Source: Candidatus Latescibacterota bacterium (GTDB taxonomy: Bacteria; Latescibacterota; UBA2968; GCA-2709665). From it: a stretch of DNA of 64,000 nt. Under the pieces are notes generated by a model, which had not been told where the DNA came from, made no database searches, and was given only the letters and a program-made list of their open reading frames with translations. Below, piece by piece: positions 1 through 10,064 of the stretch; position 1 is the stretch's first letter; every line of letters begins with the position of its first letter. Location: the NCBI GenBank assembly GCA_965219995.1, contig CBDCOX010000002.1, positions 2,080,001-2,144,000 on the forward strand, given 5' to 3'. The position numbers and the translations under genes are program-made.

Positions 1-1
1 C

Positions 2-445
2 ATCCACCCGGGCAGCGGCGGCCGGGAAAAATGCTGGCCGCAACCGTCCTTCCTGAAGCTCGCCCGGGAACTCCGCGCCCTGGGCGCGGGAGTCTTCGTG
101 CTATGCGGGCCCGTGGAACAATACATGGTCGATACGCTGCGGGTTCACGTCCCATCCCTGATTCCCGGGGACCTTCGCGACCTCGCCGGCCTGCTGCACG
201 GCGCCGACCTCTTCATTGGCAACGATTCCGGCCCGGGACACATCGCCGCGGCGGTCGGCACCCCCACGCTCACCCTGTTCGGGCCCACGGACGCGGAAAC
301 GTGGGCCCCCCGTAACCCGCTCGCCCGCGTTTTAAAGGCCCCGGACGGACACCTCCCGTCCCTTTCGGTCGAATCCGTCCTGCGGGCCGCGCTCGGAATG
401 TTCGCGTCCGTACCGTCACGGCCACCCGATTCACAGCTGACGTGA
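2..445 (+). CDS. Glycosyltransferase family 9 (heptosyltransferase-like), 5'-truncated by window edge
   Basis: Frame open from base 2: IHPGSGGREKCWP...LFIGNDSGPGHIAAAVGTPTLTLFGPTD, GT9 motifs. Confidence 0.9.
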   Translation: MHPGSGGREKCWPQPSFLKLARELRALGAGVFVLCGPVEQYMVDTLRVHVPSLIPGDLRDLAGLLHGADLFIGNDSGPGHIAAAVGTPTLTLFGPTDAETWAPRNPLARVLKAPDGHLPSLSVESVLRAALGMFASVPSRPPDSQLT

Positions 446-488
446 TCCTGTGTCGTCATGACGCTTTTGCATGTTCATCGTATTGAAT

Positions 489-517
489 TTGACAGCCCGG
501 GACGAATGTGGGATATT
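489..517 (+). promoter_or_regulatory. Putative sigma70 promoter for the downstream PhyH gene
   Basis: TTGACA (489-494), 17-nt spacer, GATATT (512-517). Confidence 0.55.
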
Positions 518-588
518 ACGAACGGGCATCGAAGGCGCGTTGAGCCCGTCCTGTACGCAGGAAGGCTACCGAAAACAAGGAGAACCGC

Positions 589-1551
589 ATGAGCGCCCTG
601 CTCGACCTGACCTTTCGCGGGAATCGCCTGGCAGGATGCGTCGACGACGCCGGCGAACTGAGGCGTTCCGACGACATTTCACACGATCCCGCGGCGCTGC
701 ACGCCCGAATGGCGGACGACGGCTACCTCTACCTGCCCGGGCTCCTCGATCCGGAAGAAGCGCTGGCAGCGCGCCTTGAAGTGATGAAGCGCCTCGCCGG
801 TCTGGGTTCGGTGGATGAATCGCTTCCGCTGATCGAAGGGAAATACAAACCGGGCGGCGGTCTCGGCGCCATGTTCGACTTCACTCTCGATAATCCGGCC
901 CTGATGAAAGTCCTCTACGACGGACCCATGATCCGGTTCTATGAACGATTCCTGGGCGGTCCCGTCACCCATTTCGATTATACATGGTTCCGGGTCAAGG
1001 CGCCGGGTACCACGTCTCCCACTCAGCCCCACTACGACGTGGTCTATATGGGCCGCGGGACTCCCCGGCTCTATACCTCCTGGACGCCGCTGGGGGACGT
1101 ACCGTTTGAAATGGGCGGCCTGATCATTCTGGAGAATTCCCATAAGAGCGAACGCCTCCGGCATACGTATGCCCGCACCGACGTGGACAAATACTGCGAG
1201 AACGAAAACGAAGCCGGACGGATCGTCGAATCCGCCAGGGCGCAGGAGCGCGAGCTCACCGGCGAGGAACAGTCCCGGATCCGCTGGAATTCCACCGGGT
1301 CTTATGCGTCCGACGCCATTCAGGCCGGAAAGGAAATTGGCGGCCGATGGCTGACGGCGGACTACAAGCTGGGTGACGTGCTCGTCTTCTCCATGCGCAC
1401 GATGCATGCCAGTTCCGACAACCACACCGACCGGATCCGCATCTCGTCGGACTCCCGCTATCAACTCGCCTCAGAACCGCAGGACGAACGCTGGATAGGA
1501 ACCAGCCCGCCGGCGCATGGCATACGAGCGAAACAGGGCATGATCTGCTGA
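589..1551 (+). CDS. Phytanoyl-CoA dioxygenase (PhyH) family Fe(II)/2OG oxygenase
   Basis: DGYLYLPGLL, PHYD (HxD), SWTPLGD, MHAS, RISSDSRY; AGGAG RBS. Confidence 0.85.
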   Translation: MSALLDLTFRGNRLAGCVDDAGELRRSDDISHDPAALHARMADDGYLYLPGLLDPEEALAARLEVMKRLAGLGSVDESLPLIEGKYKPGGGLGAMFDFTLDNPALMKVLYDGPMIRFYERFLGGPVTHFDYTWFRVKAPGTTSPTQPHYDVVYMGRGTPRLYTSWTPLGDVPFEMGGLIILENSHKSERLRHTYARTDVDKYCENENEAGRIVESARAQERELTGEEQSRIRWNSTGSYASDAIQAGKEIGGRWLTADYKLGDVLVFSMRTMHASSDNHTDRIRISSDSRYQLASEPQDERWIGTSPPAHGIRAKQGMIC

Positions 1552-1634
1552 CGCCGCGGCCCGATGGCAGCCTGTTTCCGCGAAACGCGACCGCCAACGG
1601 ATCGGTTGAGACGTGCGACGGCAGACTCTCCGGA

Positions 1635-3557
1635 TCAGGACGTGGTTTCCTTCCCGCGTTCGCGCATCTGCCGCACGAACGAATTCCCCGAAAAATCGCC
1701 GCGGACGGCCAGGAAATCGGCCGCCGCGTCGTCTTCCCCGCCATCCGCGCCGTAGCCGATCGTCGCGGCGCCGGCAAATTCCTTTTCCGCGTCCGCCAGC
1801 ACCTTTTTGGTGGTCGAGGCGTGCGCCTTCCGGTGCGTCGCCTTCATTTCCTCGACGTCCTCCGCCGTCAGCGCCTCCACACATGCGCCGGTACGGTCCC
1901 TGTACGCCCGCCGCACCCATGCCCATTCGTCCCTGTCGTACTTCCTGCCGGCCGTTTCGAACGCCGCATTGAACGCCGCCACCGTGTCGATGCTTCCGGA
2001 CACAATATCCTCTTCAATCTGCGCCAGCCGCGCCCCGGAAAGCAGAAGGCCGCCCACGTCCGCCCAGTGCTCGCTGTACACCTCGCCTTCATCCGGCGCC
2101 AGCGACTTCCCGCCGGAAACTCGCTGAAGAACCTTTCCAATGAGGTACATATCGATCGCCGCGGCGTAATTCCTGATGCCGTGGCGCAATACCAGGCGGC
2201 GGATCCTTACCCCGTTGTGACGCACCTGCGCCACCTCGCGCGGCGTCTTTTCGTACAGATCCTTCAACAGGGCCTCTCCCCGCGTCATCCGCTCGACCGT
2301 ATAGGGACTGAACACCTCGTACCGGATCTGGTCCCGTTTGACGGAAGCCGTTCGCCGGTCCCGGTTCGGCCATTTTTCACCGTCACGTACGGTGCCGACC
2401 GTGTGGAGGTTCATCGCGGGCGTGAGAAAACTGGCGCCCTGCTCTTCGACGACGTAGGAAAACGGCAAGTCCCGGGTGTCCAGATTCGTCATGTGTTTAC
2501 CGATAACAACGGTAAACGGCCCCACGGCGCTCGGCAGCAGCAGATAGGAAGACGATCCCGTCTTGCTGCCGCGTTCCAGCACGCCCTGGTGCACGGGACC
2601 CAGCTTATACATATGGTTGCTCTGGTTGGTCCCGCTGCCGGCGTTATAAAACGAAAAGAGCCCGGCGATCAGCAGCGTACTCTTGTGGTGCGTTACCGTG
2701 TAGGGGCCGCCGAATACGGAACAGGCTTCGCCGTTGAAGCATTCCGAATTGGCGAAGAAGAGAGAATTCTCGGCCGAAAACTGTTTCCCGATCTCTGCTG
2801 CCTGTCCGACAAAGCATCTGTTGATGATGGCGCCGCTATCCACACGGGAGCCTTCGCAGATGATGAAATCCTCGGCCACGACGGATGCGCCAACCCGTGT
2901 CCGCGCGCCCGCCTCGCTCAGGACGGTTCCGTTCTTCAGCATGGCCGCCCCCGCAACCACCGCGCAGGAACCGATATTCACGTCGACAATCTCATTCACG
3001 TGCGCAACGACGGCGCGCTTGCCGATGGTGCCCAGATCCGACGTCATCCCGGCGACGAATGCGTCTGCCATCGCCTGAAGTCGCGCAGTCATCTCCGACC
3101 GGTAACGGTGCATACACATCAGGTATGCAAACTGGCAGGACATCCCGTTGAAAATGGGCACCTCACGCCCGCCTCCCTCGTTAACCGGTTCCACGACCAC
3201 GCCGTTCCCGAACGTCGCACCGGCGCGCGTCGTCATCTGCCCCACGTCCGTTACGACCGCGCCATCCCCGATCCGGTAGTTCGCAAGATGACTCCGCACC
3301 CGCGTCACCCTTACATTGTCTCCCAGTTCGCAGTTGATCAGCGTGGCGTCGGAAATCTCCGCCGGCAATTCCACGCCTGCGAACGATACGGCGCCTTCCA
3401 GGACGCCCATTCTTACCCGTCCACCAAAAACCGCATCCTTCACGCGACGCGGATCGAATCCGTGCTTCACCTCCACCATCGACCAATCCGCGGCCGTGCA
3501 TCCGTTTCGTTGCAGCGCCGCGATCTCAGCCCGGGAAAGCGAACGATAGCCGGCCAT
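1635..3557 (-). CDS. DUF4954 family protein (left-handed beta-helix-like repeats)
   Basis: N-terminus YRSLSRAEIAALQRNGCTAADWS; GPYTVTHHKSTLLIAGLFSFYNAGSGTNQSNHMYKLGPVHQG. Confidence 0.8.
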   Translation of the reverse strand: MAGYRSLSRAEIAALQRNGCTAADWSMVEVKHGFDPRRVKDAVFGGRVRMGVLEGAVSFAGVELPAEISDATLINCELGDNVRVTRVRSHLANYRIGDGAVVTDVGQMTTRAGATFGNGVVVEPVNEGGGREVPIFNGMSCQFAYLMCMHRYRSEMTARLQAMADAFVAGMTSDLGTIGKRAVVAHVNEIVDVNIGSCAVVAGAAMLKNGTVLSEAGARTRVGASVVAEDFIICEGSRVDSGAIINRCFVGQAAEIGKQFSAENSLFFANSECFNGEACSVFGGPYTVTHHKSTLLIAGLFSFYNAGSGTNQSNHMYKLGPVHQGVLERGSKTGSSSYLLLPSAVGPFTVVIGKHMTNLDTRDLPFSYVVEEQGASFLTPAMNLHTVGTVRDGEKWPNRDRRTASVKRDQIRYEVFSPYTVERMTRGEALLKDLYEKTPREVAQVRHNGVRIRRLVLRHGIRNYAAAIDMYLIGKVLQRVSGGKSLAPDEGEVYSEHWADVGGLLLSGARLAQIEEDIVSGSIDTVAAFNAAFETAGRKYDRDEWAWVRRAYRDRTGACVEALTAEDVEEMKATHRKAHASTTKKVLADAEKEFAGAATIGYGADGGEDDAAADFLAVRGDFSGNSFVRQMRERGKETTS

Positions 3558-3801
3558 TTGTGGATTTCCTCCTCTTGCAATCCGATACCTATCTCACTGA
3601 AAAACCGGTTATTACTGAGATTTACAGGCGGGTAAGATATCCTGCTCCGTGCCCGACGGCAAGCGTTTTCCAAGGGATTCCCGGTGCGTTCACCCTCTTC
3701 ATGTCGACGGGCAAAACACTTTACTTCAATCCTGCCCTTTGGTATATTGGCTGTCCTCAATACTCCATATGTCGGGACAATCATCCGGCGAAAGGACGGC
3801 A

Positions 3802-4560
3802 ATGGCCGGCGGCATCAAACTCAGAATATGCGAGACCAGCGCCGAGGTCGCGGTGGAAGCGTCGGAAATCATCGCGGATCTGGTCCGCGTCAGGTCAAAT
3901 GCCGTGATCGGACTGGCGACCGGATCGACGCCGGAACAGACCTACGCCAGACTCGCAAAGCTGCACCACAGCGAGGGCCTCGAATTCCGCAGGGTGACCT
4001 CGTTCAACCTGGACGAATACTGGGGCCTGGACGGCGATCACGACCAGAGCTACCGGTATTTCATGAACGACCGTCTGTTCCGGAAGATCGACATCCGTCC
4101 CTGGAACACGCATGTACTGAACGGTACCGCCGCCAATCCCGACCTGGAATGCCGGGCCTTCGAAACCGGTATCCTCGCGGCGGGCGGGATCGACCTCTGG
4201 CTGCTCGGCATCGGCACCAACGGTCATGTCGCGTTCAACGAACCCGGCAGCCCGGTGGACAGCCGGACACGCCTCGTGAACCTGGCTCCAAGCACAATCG
4301 AGGCGAACAGCGACGGCCGTTTCTTCAAAGATGCCGCAAGCGTCCCGCGATTCGCCCTTTCGGCCGGAATCGGCACGATCCGCGAGGCCCGGCGCATTCT
4401 CCTGCTGGCCACAGGCGACCAGAAGGCCGTCGCCGTCGCACGGGCCGTGGAAGGGCCACCCACAACGGACTGCCCCGCCAGCCTGCTGCAGAGCCATCCG
4501 GACTGTACGTTTATCGTGGACCGTGAAGCGGCATCAGAGCTCGCATCCGGACAGGTCTGA
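3802..4560 (+). CDS. nagB: Glucosamine-6-phosphate deaminase
   Basis: GLATGSTP, FNLDEY, LLGIGTNGHVAFNEPGS; start set at ATG 3802 after AAGGA. Confidence 0.92.
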   Translation: MAGGIKLRICETSAEVAVEASEIIADLVRVRSNAVIGLATGSTPEQTYARLAKLHHSEGLEFRRVTSFNLDEYWGLDGDHDQSYRYFMNDRLFRKIDIRPWNTHVLNGTAANPDLECRAFETGILAAGGIDLWLLGIGTNGHVAFNEPGSPVDSRTRLVNLAPSTIEANSDGRFFKDAASVPRFALSAGIGTIREARRILLLATGDQKAVAVARAVEGPPTTDCPASLLQSHPDCTFIVDREAASELASGQV

Positions 4561-4635
4561 TCAAAGTGTACATCCGTCGCACCGCACCGCGATGGGGAAT
4601 CCTACCAACTTTTCTGCAATTTCACGGAGCGTCAA

Positions 4636-4881
4636 ATGGATCGCGAAGAGATCAAGGAAGGCGTGTACCGGGTCATATCCGGCGTTCTCGGAATCGATAC
4701 GGCCGAGGTCTCGGAAGACCAGAGCTTCACGGCCGACCTCGGCGCCGAGTCGGTACAATCCGTAGAGCTCATGGCCGGATTCGAAGAGGAATTCGAGATT
4801 GAAATGGACGAAGATGAAGCCCTGGCCGTACAGACGGTAGGCGGCGCCATCGACTTCATCGCAAAGTACGTAAACAGCTGA
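4636..4881 (+). CDS. Acyl carrier protein (atypical GAESV attachment motif)
   Basis: 81 aa, acidic; DLGAESVQSVELMAGFEEEFEIEM...TVGGAIDFI. Confidence 0.85.
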   Translation: MDREEIKEGVYRVISGVLGIDTAEVSEDQSFTADLGAESVQSVELMAGFEEEFEIEMDEDEALAVQTVGGAIDFIAKYVNS

Positions 4882-4921
4882 TTCCGAAACACTTGCCCCC
4901 GACCATGCAGGAGCGAACCCC

Positions 4922-6313
4922 ATGAATACAGCAGACCTGATCGAAGTCGAAGAGCCCAATCTCCTCGACGAGCAATTCGACTATAATCTGCCGCCCAGGA
5001 TTCTGTTCGACGGCCCGCTGTACGAAGAAATTGGCGACCGGATCGTCAGATTCGATCCGGAAGAAGCCCTCGCAAGGGACCTCGTCATCACCGACACCAC
5101 GTTTCGGGACGGGCAGCAGGCCCGGCCTCCGTATACGGTGGAACAGCAGGTCAGACTCTACGATATGATGGCCAGGCTCGGCGGGCCGAACGGCGTGATC
5201 CGCCAGACCGAGTTCTTCCTCTACACGAAAAACGACCGGCGCACGCTGGAAGAGTGCCGTGCGCTCGGGCACCGTTTCCCCGAAATCACTTCCTGGATTC
5301 GCGCGGACAAGGGTGACTTCCGGCTGGTCAAAGAAGCCGGTGTCCGGGAGACCGGGATGCTTACGCCCAGTTCCGACTATCATATCTTTTACAAGTTGAA
5401 AAAGGACCGCAGGAAAGCGTTCAACGACTACCTGGAGGTGGTCGAAGCCGCCTGGGAAGCCGGCATCCGGCCGCGCTGCCACCTGGAGGACGTGACGCGC
5501 GCGGACGTCGAAGGCTACGTTCTGCCCTTTGTCCAGGAACTGATGCGCCGTTCCGAGCAGGTGCCGCCGGAACTCCGCGCGAAAATCCGTCTCTGCGACA
5601 CCATGGGTTTCGGGTTAAGCTATCCGGGCGCAAGCCTACCCCGTTCAATTCCGAAGCTCGTCTACCTCATGACCAGCGACGGCGGGGTACCGCACGATTG
5701 CCTCGAATGGCACGGGCACAACGACTTCCACAAGGTCCATGTCAACGGGGCGACCGCGTGGCTGTACGGATGCAATGCGCTCAACACCACGTTGTTCGGT
5801 TTCGGCGAGCGGACCGGCAACCCGCCCCTCGAAGGGGCGATACTCGAATACATCGGCCTTCACGGCAGCCTTTGCGGTATCGATACCATGATGATCCAGG
5901 AAATGGCCGATTACATGCGCTCCATCGGGGTGGACATCGCGCCGAACTACCCGTTTGTCGGCAGGGACTTCAACACCACGAGGGCCGGTATCCACGCAGG
6001 CGGCCTGCGGTCCGATGAACGCATCTACAACATATTCGATACCACCGCCCTGTTCGGCCGCCCGCCCCGGGTGGCCATTACGGACAAGACCGGCGTGGAC
6101 GGGGTCGCCCTCTGGGTCAACGAGTTCCTGGGTCTCAAGGGCAATGACCGGCTCAGCAAAATCAGGGTGCACAAAATCGCCCGCTGGGTTATGGATCAGT
6201 ACGAAGTGCACGGCCGAATGAGCGCGATCACCGACGAGGAACTGGAAGAACAGGTCAAGATCAACCTGCCGGACCGGTACGCGACCTATCAGGCCGGCCG
6301 CAAGGCGGGCTGA
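4922..6313 (+). CDS. Re-citrate synthase-like DRE-TIM metallolyase (LeuA/homocitrate synthase superfamily)
   Basis: DTTFRDGQQARPPYTVEQ, IRQTEFFLYT, HGHNDF, GERTGN, TRAGIHA. Confidence 0.75.
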   Translation: MNTADLIEVEEPNLLDEQFDYNLPPRILFDGPLYEEIGDRIVRFDPEEALARDLVITDTTFRDGQQARPPYTVEQQVRLYDMMARLGGPNGVIRQTEFFLYTKNDRRTLEECRALGHRFPEITSWIRADKGDFRLVKEAGVRETGMLTPSSDYHIFYKLKKDRRKAFNDYLEVVEAAWEAGIRPRCHLEDVTRADVEGYVLPFVQELMRRSEQVPPELRAKIRLCDTMGFGLSYPGASLPRSIPKLVYLMTSDGGVPHDCLEWHGHNDFHKVHVNGATAWLYGCNALNTTLFGFGERTGNPPLEGAILEYIGLHGSLCGIDTMMIQEMADYMRSIGVDIAPNYPFVGRDFNTTRAGIHAGGLRSDERIYNIFDTTALFGRPPRVAITDKTGVDGVALWVNEFLGLKGNDRLSKIRVHKIARWVMDQYEVHGRMSAITDEELEEQVKINLPDRYATYQAGRKAG

Positions 6314-6355
6314 TCGTCCGTTTCACCTCAAATCGCCGGCTTCCGGCGGCTTATC

Positions 6356-7375
6356 GTGACAACCCGCACCGTCTCCCACACCGATCTCGGCGCCTGTTGC
6401 GTTGACCTCCTCTTAGCGGCGGGTGTGCCCGAACCCGACGCCCGAATCACGGCCCGCATCCAGGTTGAAGCGGACCTCCGCGGCGTGCACTCCCATGGTG
6501 CGCGCGGCATTGCGGGCTATATCCGCCAGATCCTGAAAGGCGAGATCAACCCCAACGCCCGTCCCCGCGTCCTGAGCGAGGAGGCCGCGTACGTTCACAT
6601 CGACGCGGACAACGCCCTCGGACAGGTGGCCGCGTACCGAGCGATGAACCGCGCCATCGGGAAAGCCGAAGGCGCGGGCATCGGGATGGCCGCCGTCCGC
6701 AATACCAACCACTATGGCGCCGCGGCATTCTACGCCAACATGGCCGCCGAGGCCCGCATGGTGGGCTTCAACACGACCGGTGGACGCAAGAACCGGGGCA
6801 ACATGGCGCCGTACGGGAGCGTCGAACCCGCCATTGGAAACGCGCCGTTCGCCTACGGCATCCCCGCGGGACGCGAACGCCCCATCATCCTCGACATGGC
6901 CACCGGCGTGGTTGCCGCCGGTAAAATCGCCGTAGCCCGGGACCGCGGCCGGAGAATCCCCCCGGGTTGGGCACTCGACGCCTCGGGAAGGCCGACCGAC
7001 GACCCGGCGGAGGCGCGGATTGTCCTGCCCCTCGGACCGAAGGGGTCGGGCCTCGCCATCGTGATGCAATGCATCGGCGGCATCCTGGCCGGCGCCGCAT
7101 TTCCGGACGTGGAAAAATTCGGTTATCTGTTCATCGCGATCAAAATATCCACGTTCGCCGATCCGGAAATCTTCGCGACGGAAGTCGACGCACGGATCCA
7201 ATCCATCCGTGAGGCCAGACCCGCCGAGGGGGTTGACCGCGTCTACTACCCAGGAGAACCCGAGTGGATCACTCGCGGGCGAAACCTCGAAAACGGCATC
7301 CCCATGCTGCTTCCGCATCTGAACGACCTGGACGCCGTTGCGGCCGAACTGGGCGTTTCGAAGCGATTCGGATGA
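6356..7375 (+). CDS. Ldh_2 family (malate/L-lactate/sulfolactate-type) oxidoreductase
   Basis: ADLRGVHSHG, NHYGAA, GNAPFAYGIP, LDMAT, GPKGSGL, YPGEPE. Confidence 0.88.
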   Translation: MTTRTVSHTDLGACCVDLLLAAGVPEPDARITARIQVEADLRGVHSHGARGIAGYIRQILKGEINPNARPRVLSEEAAYVHIDADNALGQVAAYRAMNRAIGKAEGAGIGMAAVRNTNHYGAAAFYANMAAEARMVGFNTTGGRKNRGNMAPYGSVEPAIGNAPFAYGIPAGRERPIILDMATGVVAAGKIAVARDRGRRIPPGWALDASGRPTDDPAEARIVLPLGPKGSGLAIVMQCIGGILAGAAFPDVEKFGYLFIAIKISTFADPEIFATEVDARIQSIREARPAEGVDRVYYPGEPEWITRGRNLENGIPMLLPHLNDLDAVAAELGVSKRFG

Positions 7376-7455
7376 CGCTCCCGATGGCAGTCCCGCCCTG
7401 AAGCCACGTCGTCCCGGGCCGTCGTCGATGCCTCTTCCCCCGTTGCGAACAACGC

Positions 7456-8190
7456 ATGGACATCCTCGTCCTGACAGCCACCGCTCTCGAGCAGGAAACC
7501 CTCCGCAGCCGCATTCGGAATCCGGCCACGCGGACGTTCGCCCACCGCGCGCGCGCAGAGGGCCGGCTGGGGAACCGCCGCGTCGCCCTGATCGAAACCG
7601 GTATCGGCGCCGTCAACACGGCCCAGGCGCTGACCGCCGCCCTTGAATCCGGCCGACCGCAATTCGTTCTGCAGATCGGCGTTGGCGGCGCTTACGCCGG
7701 GGCACAACTGAACGTGGGCGACATTGCCCTGGCCACGGAAGAGAACGACGGGGAACTGGGGATTCTCGCCCCCGGCGGATGGCTTCCGGCGGATACCATC
7801 GGCATCCCCGTCCTGGAGAAGCACCGAAACCTCTACAATACCTTTCCGCTCGACACGGCCCTCGCCCGGCGCGCGACAGCCCTGATCCTCGATGCCGCGT
7901 GGCCGCGTGGCGCCCCCGCCGTGCGCTCCGGTCCTTTTGTCACCGTACAGCAATGCAGCGGCCTCGCCGCCAGGGGCGCCGAACTCGCGGCGCGGTACGA
8001 CGCGATCTGCGAGAATATGGAGGGCGCGGCCGCGGCGCAACTCTGCACGCTGTACGAGGTTCCGTTCGTCGAGCTTCGAGGCATCAGCAACCTCGTCGAA
8101 GACCGGAACACAGGCGCCTGGAATCTCTCTCTGGCCTCCCGGAACGCACAGCAGGCTGCCAGAGTACTGATAGAAGACCTGGACCTGTGA
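7456..8190 (+). CDS. mqnB: Futalosine hydrolase
   Basis: PNP/UDP fold: TGIGAVN, GVGGAY, CENMEGAAAA, ELRGISNLVEDRNTGAWNL; adjacent to mqnD. Confidence 0.85.
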   Translation: MDILVLTATALEQETLRSRIRNPATRTFAHRARAEGRLGNRRVALIETGIGAVNTAQALTAALESGRPQFVLQIGVGGAYAGAQLNVGDIALATEENDGELGILAPGGWLPADTIGIPVLEKHRNLYNTFPLDTALARRATALILDAAWPRGAPAVRSGPFVTVQQCSGLAARGAELAARYDAICENMEGAAAAQLCTLYEVPFVELRGISNLVEDRNTGAWNLSLASRNAQQAARVLIEDLDL

Positions 8191-8299
8191 GCCGCAATTC
8201 GCATACCGGCAAGGCACACCCCGTCCGCCGGGATACCCAGAAACGTCTGCGGTCCCATTGTCCCGGCCGCCGTTCGGTTTCGCGCATCTCGAGGAACTC

Positions 8300-9133
8300 A
8301 TGGCTTCCGTTTCGCTCGGCTACTCACCCAGCCCGAACGATACCTGCATCTTCTTCGGCCTTCAGCATGGCAAGATCCCCGGCGCGCCCCGGTTCGAGAC
8401 GAGCCTCGAAGACATAGAAACCCTCAACCGGCTGGCCACGGATGGGAGTTTGGACGTTACCAAGGTCTCCTTTCATGCTCTCGGCCACCTTCGGGGCCGG
8501 TACTGCCTCCTCCATTCGGGCGGCGCCATGGGCCGCGGCTGCGGTCCGCTCGTCGTGGCCTCCAGACCGCTGAACCCATCGGAGCTGACCGGCGAGAAAA
8601 TCGCGATTCCCGGAAAACTGACCACCGCGTCGCTGCTGCTGCGCATGTTCGAACCCGCCCTGGAGAATCTCGTCGTTCTGCCTTATCACCGCATCATGGA
8701 CGCCGTCCGAAGGGGCGAAGCCGGCGCCGGGCTCATCATACACGAGAGCCGGTTTACCTTTCCGGAATTCGGACTGCACGAAGTCGTCGACCTGGGCGAA
8801 TGGTGGGAACGCACCACGCGCCACCCCATTCCACTGGGTGGCATCCTCGCCCGCCGGGACCTGGGCGCCGGAAGGATCCGGGCCATTGATCATGCAGTAC
8901 GAGCCAGCGTGGAATACGCTCGCACCCATGCCAGCGAGGTCCGGAAACACATCCTGCGGCAGATCCCGGACATGGATGCGCCCGTCGTCCAGAGATTCAT
9001 CGACCTGTACGTCAACGCGCATACCCTGGACTACGGTCCGGACGGGGAGGCCGCCATTGCCGATCTCCTCGCCAGCGCCGAAACCGCGGGCATCATTCCC
9101 GCATCGGACAAAACACTCTTTGTCGACCGGTAA
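8300..9133 (+). CDS. mqnD: 1,4-dihydroxy-6-naphthoate synthase
   Basis: SPSPNDT, DIETLN, GAMGRGCGPLVV, IIHESRFT, DLGEWW, IPLGG, IDLYVN. Confidence 0.9.
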   Translation: MASVSLGYSPSPNDTCIFFGLQHGKIPGAPRFETSLEDIETLNRLATDGSLDVTKVSFHALGHLRGRYCLLHSGGAMGRGCGPLVVASRPLNPSELTGEKIAIPGKLTTASLLLRMFEPALENLVVLPYHRIMDAVRRGEAGAGLIIHESRFTFPEFGLHEVVDLGEWWERTTRHPIPLGGILARRDLGAGRIRAIDHAVRASVEYARTHASEVRKHILRQIPDMDAPVVQRFIDLYVNAHTLDYGPDGEAAIADLLASAETAGIIPASDKTLFVDR

Positions 9134-9151
9134 GAGAAAGGAGCCGCACCC

Positions 9152-10057
9152 ATGTCAAAACCCAGAATCGGATTCATCGGACTCGGGATTATGGGAAAAC
9201 CCATGTCCAATCACCTGCTCCAGGCCGGATACGCCGTCATTGTACACAACCGCAGCCGGGAACCCGTGGCCGAACTGGTTGAGGCGGGCGCCGGGGAAGC
9301 CCACTCCCCCGGAGAGGTGGCCGAAAACAGCGACGTGATCATTACCATGTTGCCAGACTCGCCGGACGTTCAGGAAGTCGCCCTCGGACCGGGCGGCATC
9401 ATCGAAGGGGTAAGCCGGGACGACGTCTACATTGACATGAGTACCATCGCGCCCAGCGTTGCCCTCGAGGTTGGCTGGGCGATGGCGGAAAAAGGCGTTC
9501 GATGCCTGGATGCGCCCGTGAGCGGAGGCGACGTGGGCGCACGGAGTGCCACCCTTTCCATCATGGTGGGCGGCGAGGAGGAGGTATTCGATTCAGTACG
9601 ACCGATCTTCGCTGCAATGGGTCAGAATATCGTGCTGTGCGGGCCTCTGGGCGCGGGGCAGACCGTGAAGGCCTGCAACCAGGTTCTGGTTGCCGTCACC
9701 ATCGCCGGCGTGTCGGAAGCGTTGACACTCGGCGCCAGGGCGGGCGTGGACCCGGCAAACATCGTACAGGTTCTGAGCGGGGGCCTCGCCCGCTGCGGCG
9801 TACTCGAGAACCGGGGCGAGCGCATGGTCAACGGCGACTTCGACCCGGGCTTCCGCATCCGGCTTCATTACAAGGACCTCAACATCATCATGAAAACCGG
9901 CAGCGACTACAATGTGCCGCTGCCGGTAACGAGCATCGTTCACGAACTGTTCAATCTGGCGATAGCCAAAGACCGGGGCGAACTGGATCATTCCGGTCTG
10001 CTGACCGTGGTCGAAGACCTGGCCGGTGTGAAGGCGCGAACGCCCGGGGCGCGTTGA
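9152..10057 (+). CDS. 2-hydroxy-3-oxopropionate reductase / beta-hydroxyacid dehydrogenase
   Basis: GFIGLGIMGKPM, LDAPVSGG, GAGQTVKACNQ, PGFRIRLHYKDL. Confidence 0.85.
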   Translation: MSKPRIGFIGLGIMGKPMSNHLLQAGYAVIVHNRSREPVAELVEAGAGEAHSPGEVAENSDVIITMLPDSPDVQEVALGPGGIIEGVSRDDVYIDMSTIAPSVALEVGWAMAEKGVRCLDAPVSGGDVGARSATLSIMVGGEEEVFDSVRPIFAAMGQNIVLCGPLGAGQTVKACNQVLVAVTIAGVSEALTLGARAGVDPANIVQVLSGGLARCGVLENRGERMVNGDFDPGFRIRLHYKDLNIIMKTGSDYNVPLPVTSIVHELFNLAIAKDRGELDHSGLLTVVEDLAGVKARTPGAR

Positions 10058-10064
10058 CCCGACC

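Noticed and set aside
1821-3635. Long antisense/overlapping ORFs (e.g. 604 aa here, 10515-11987, 39264-41069, 50295-51782)
   Set aside because: Shadows of real genes caused by high-GC codon bias; no recognisable motifs
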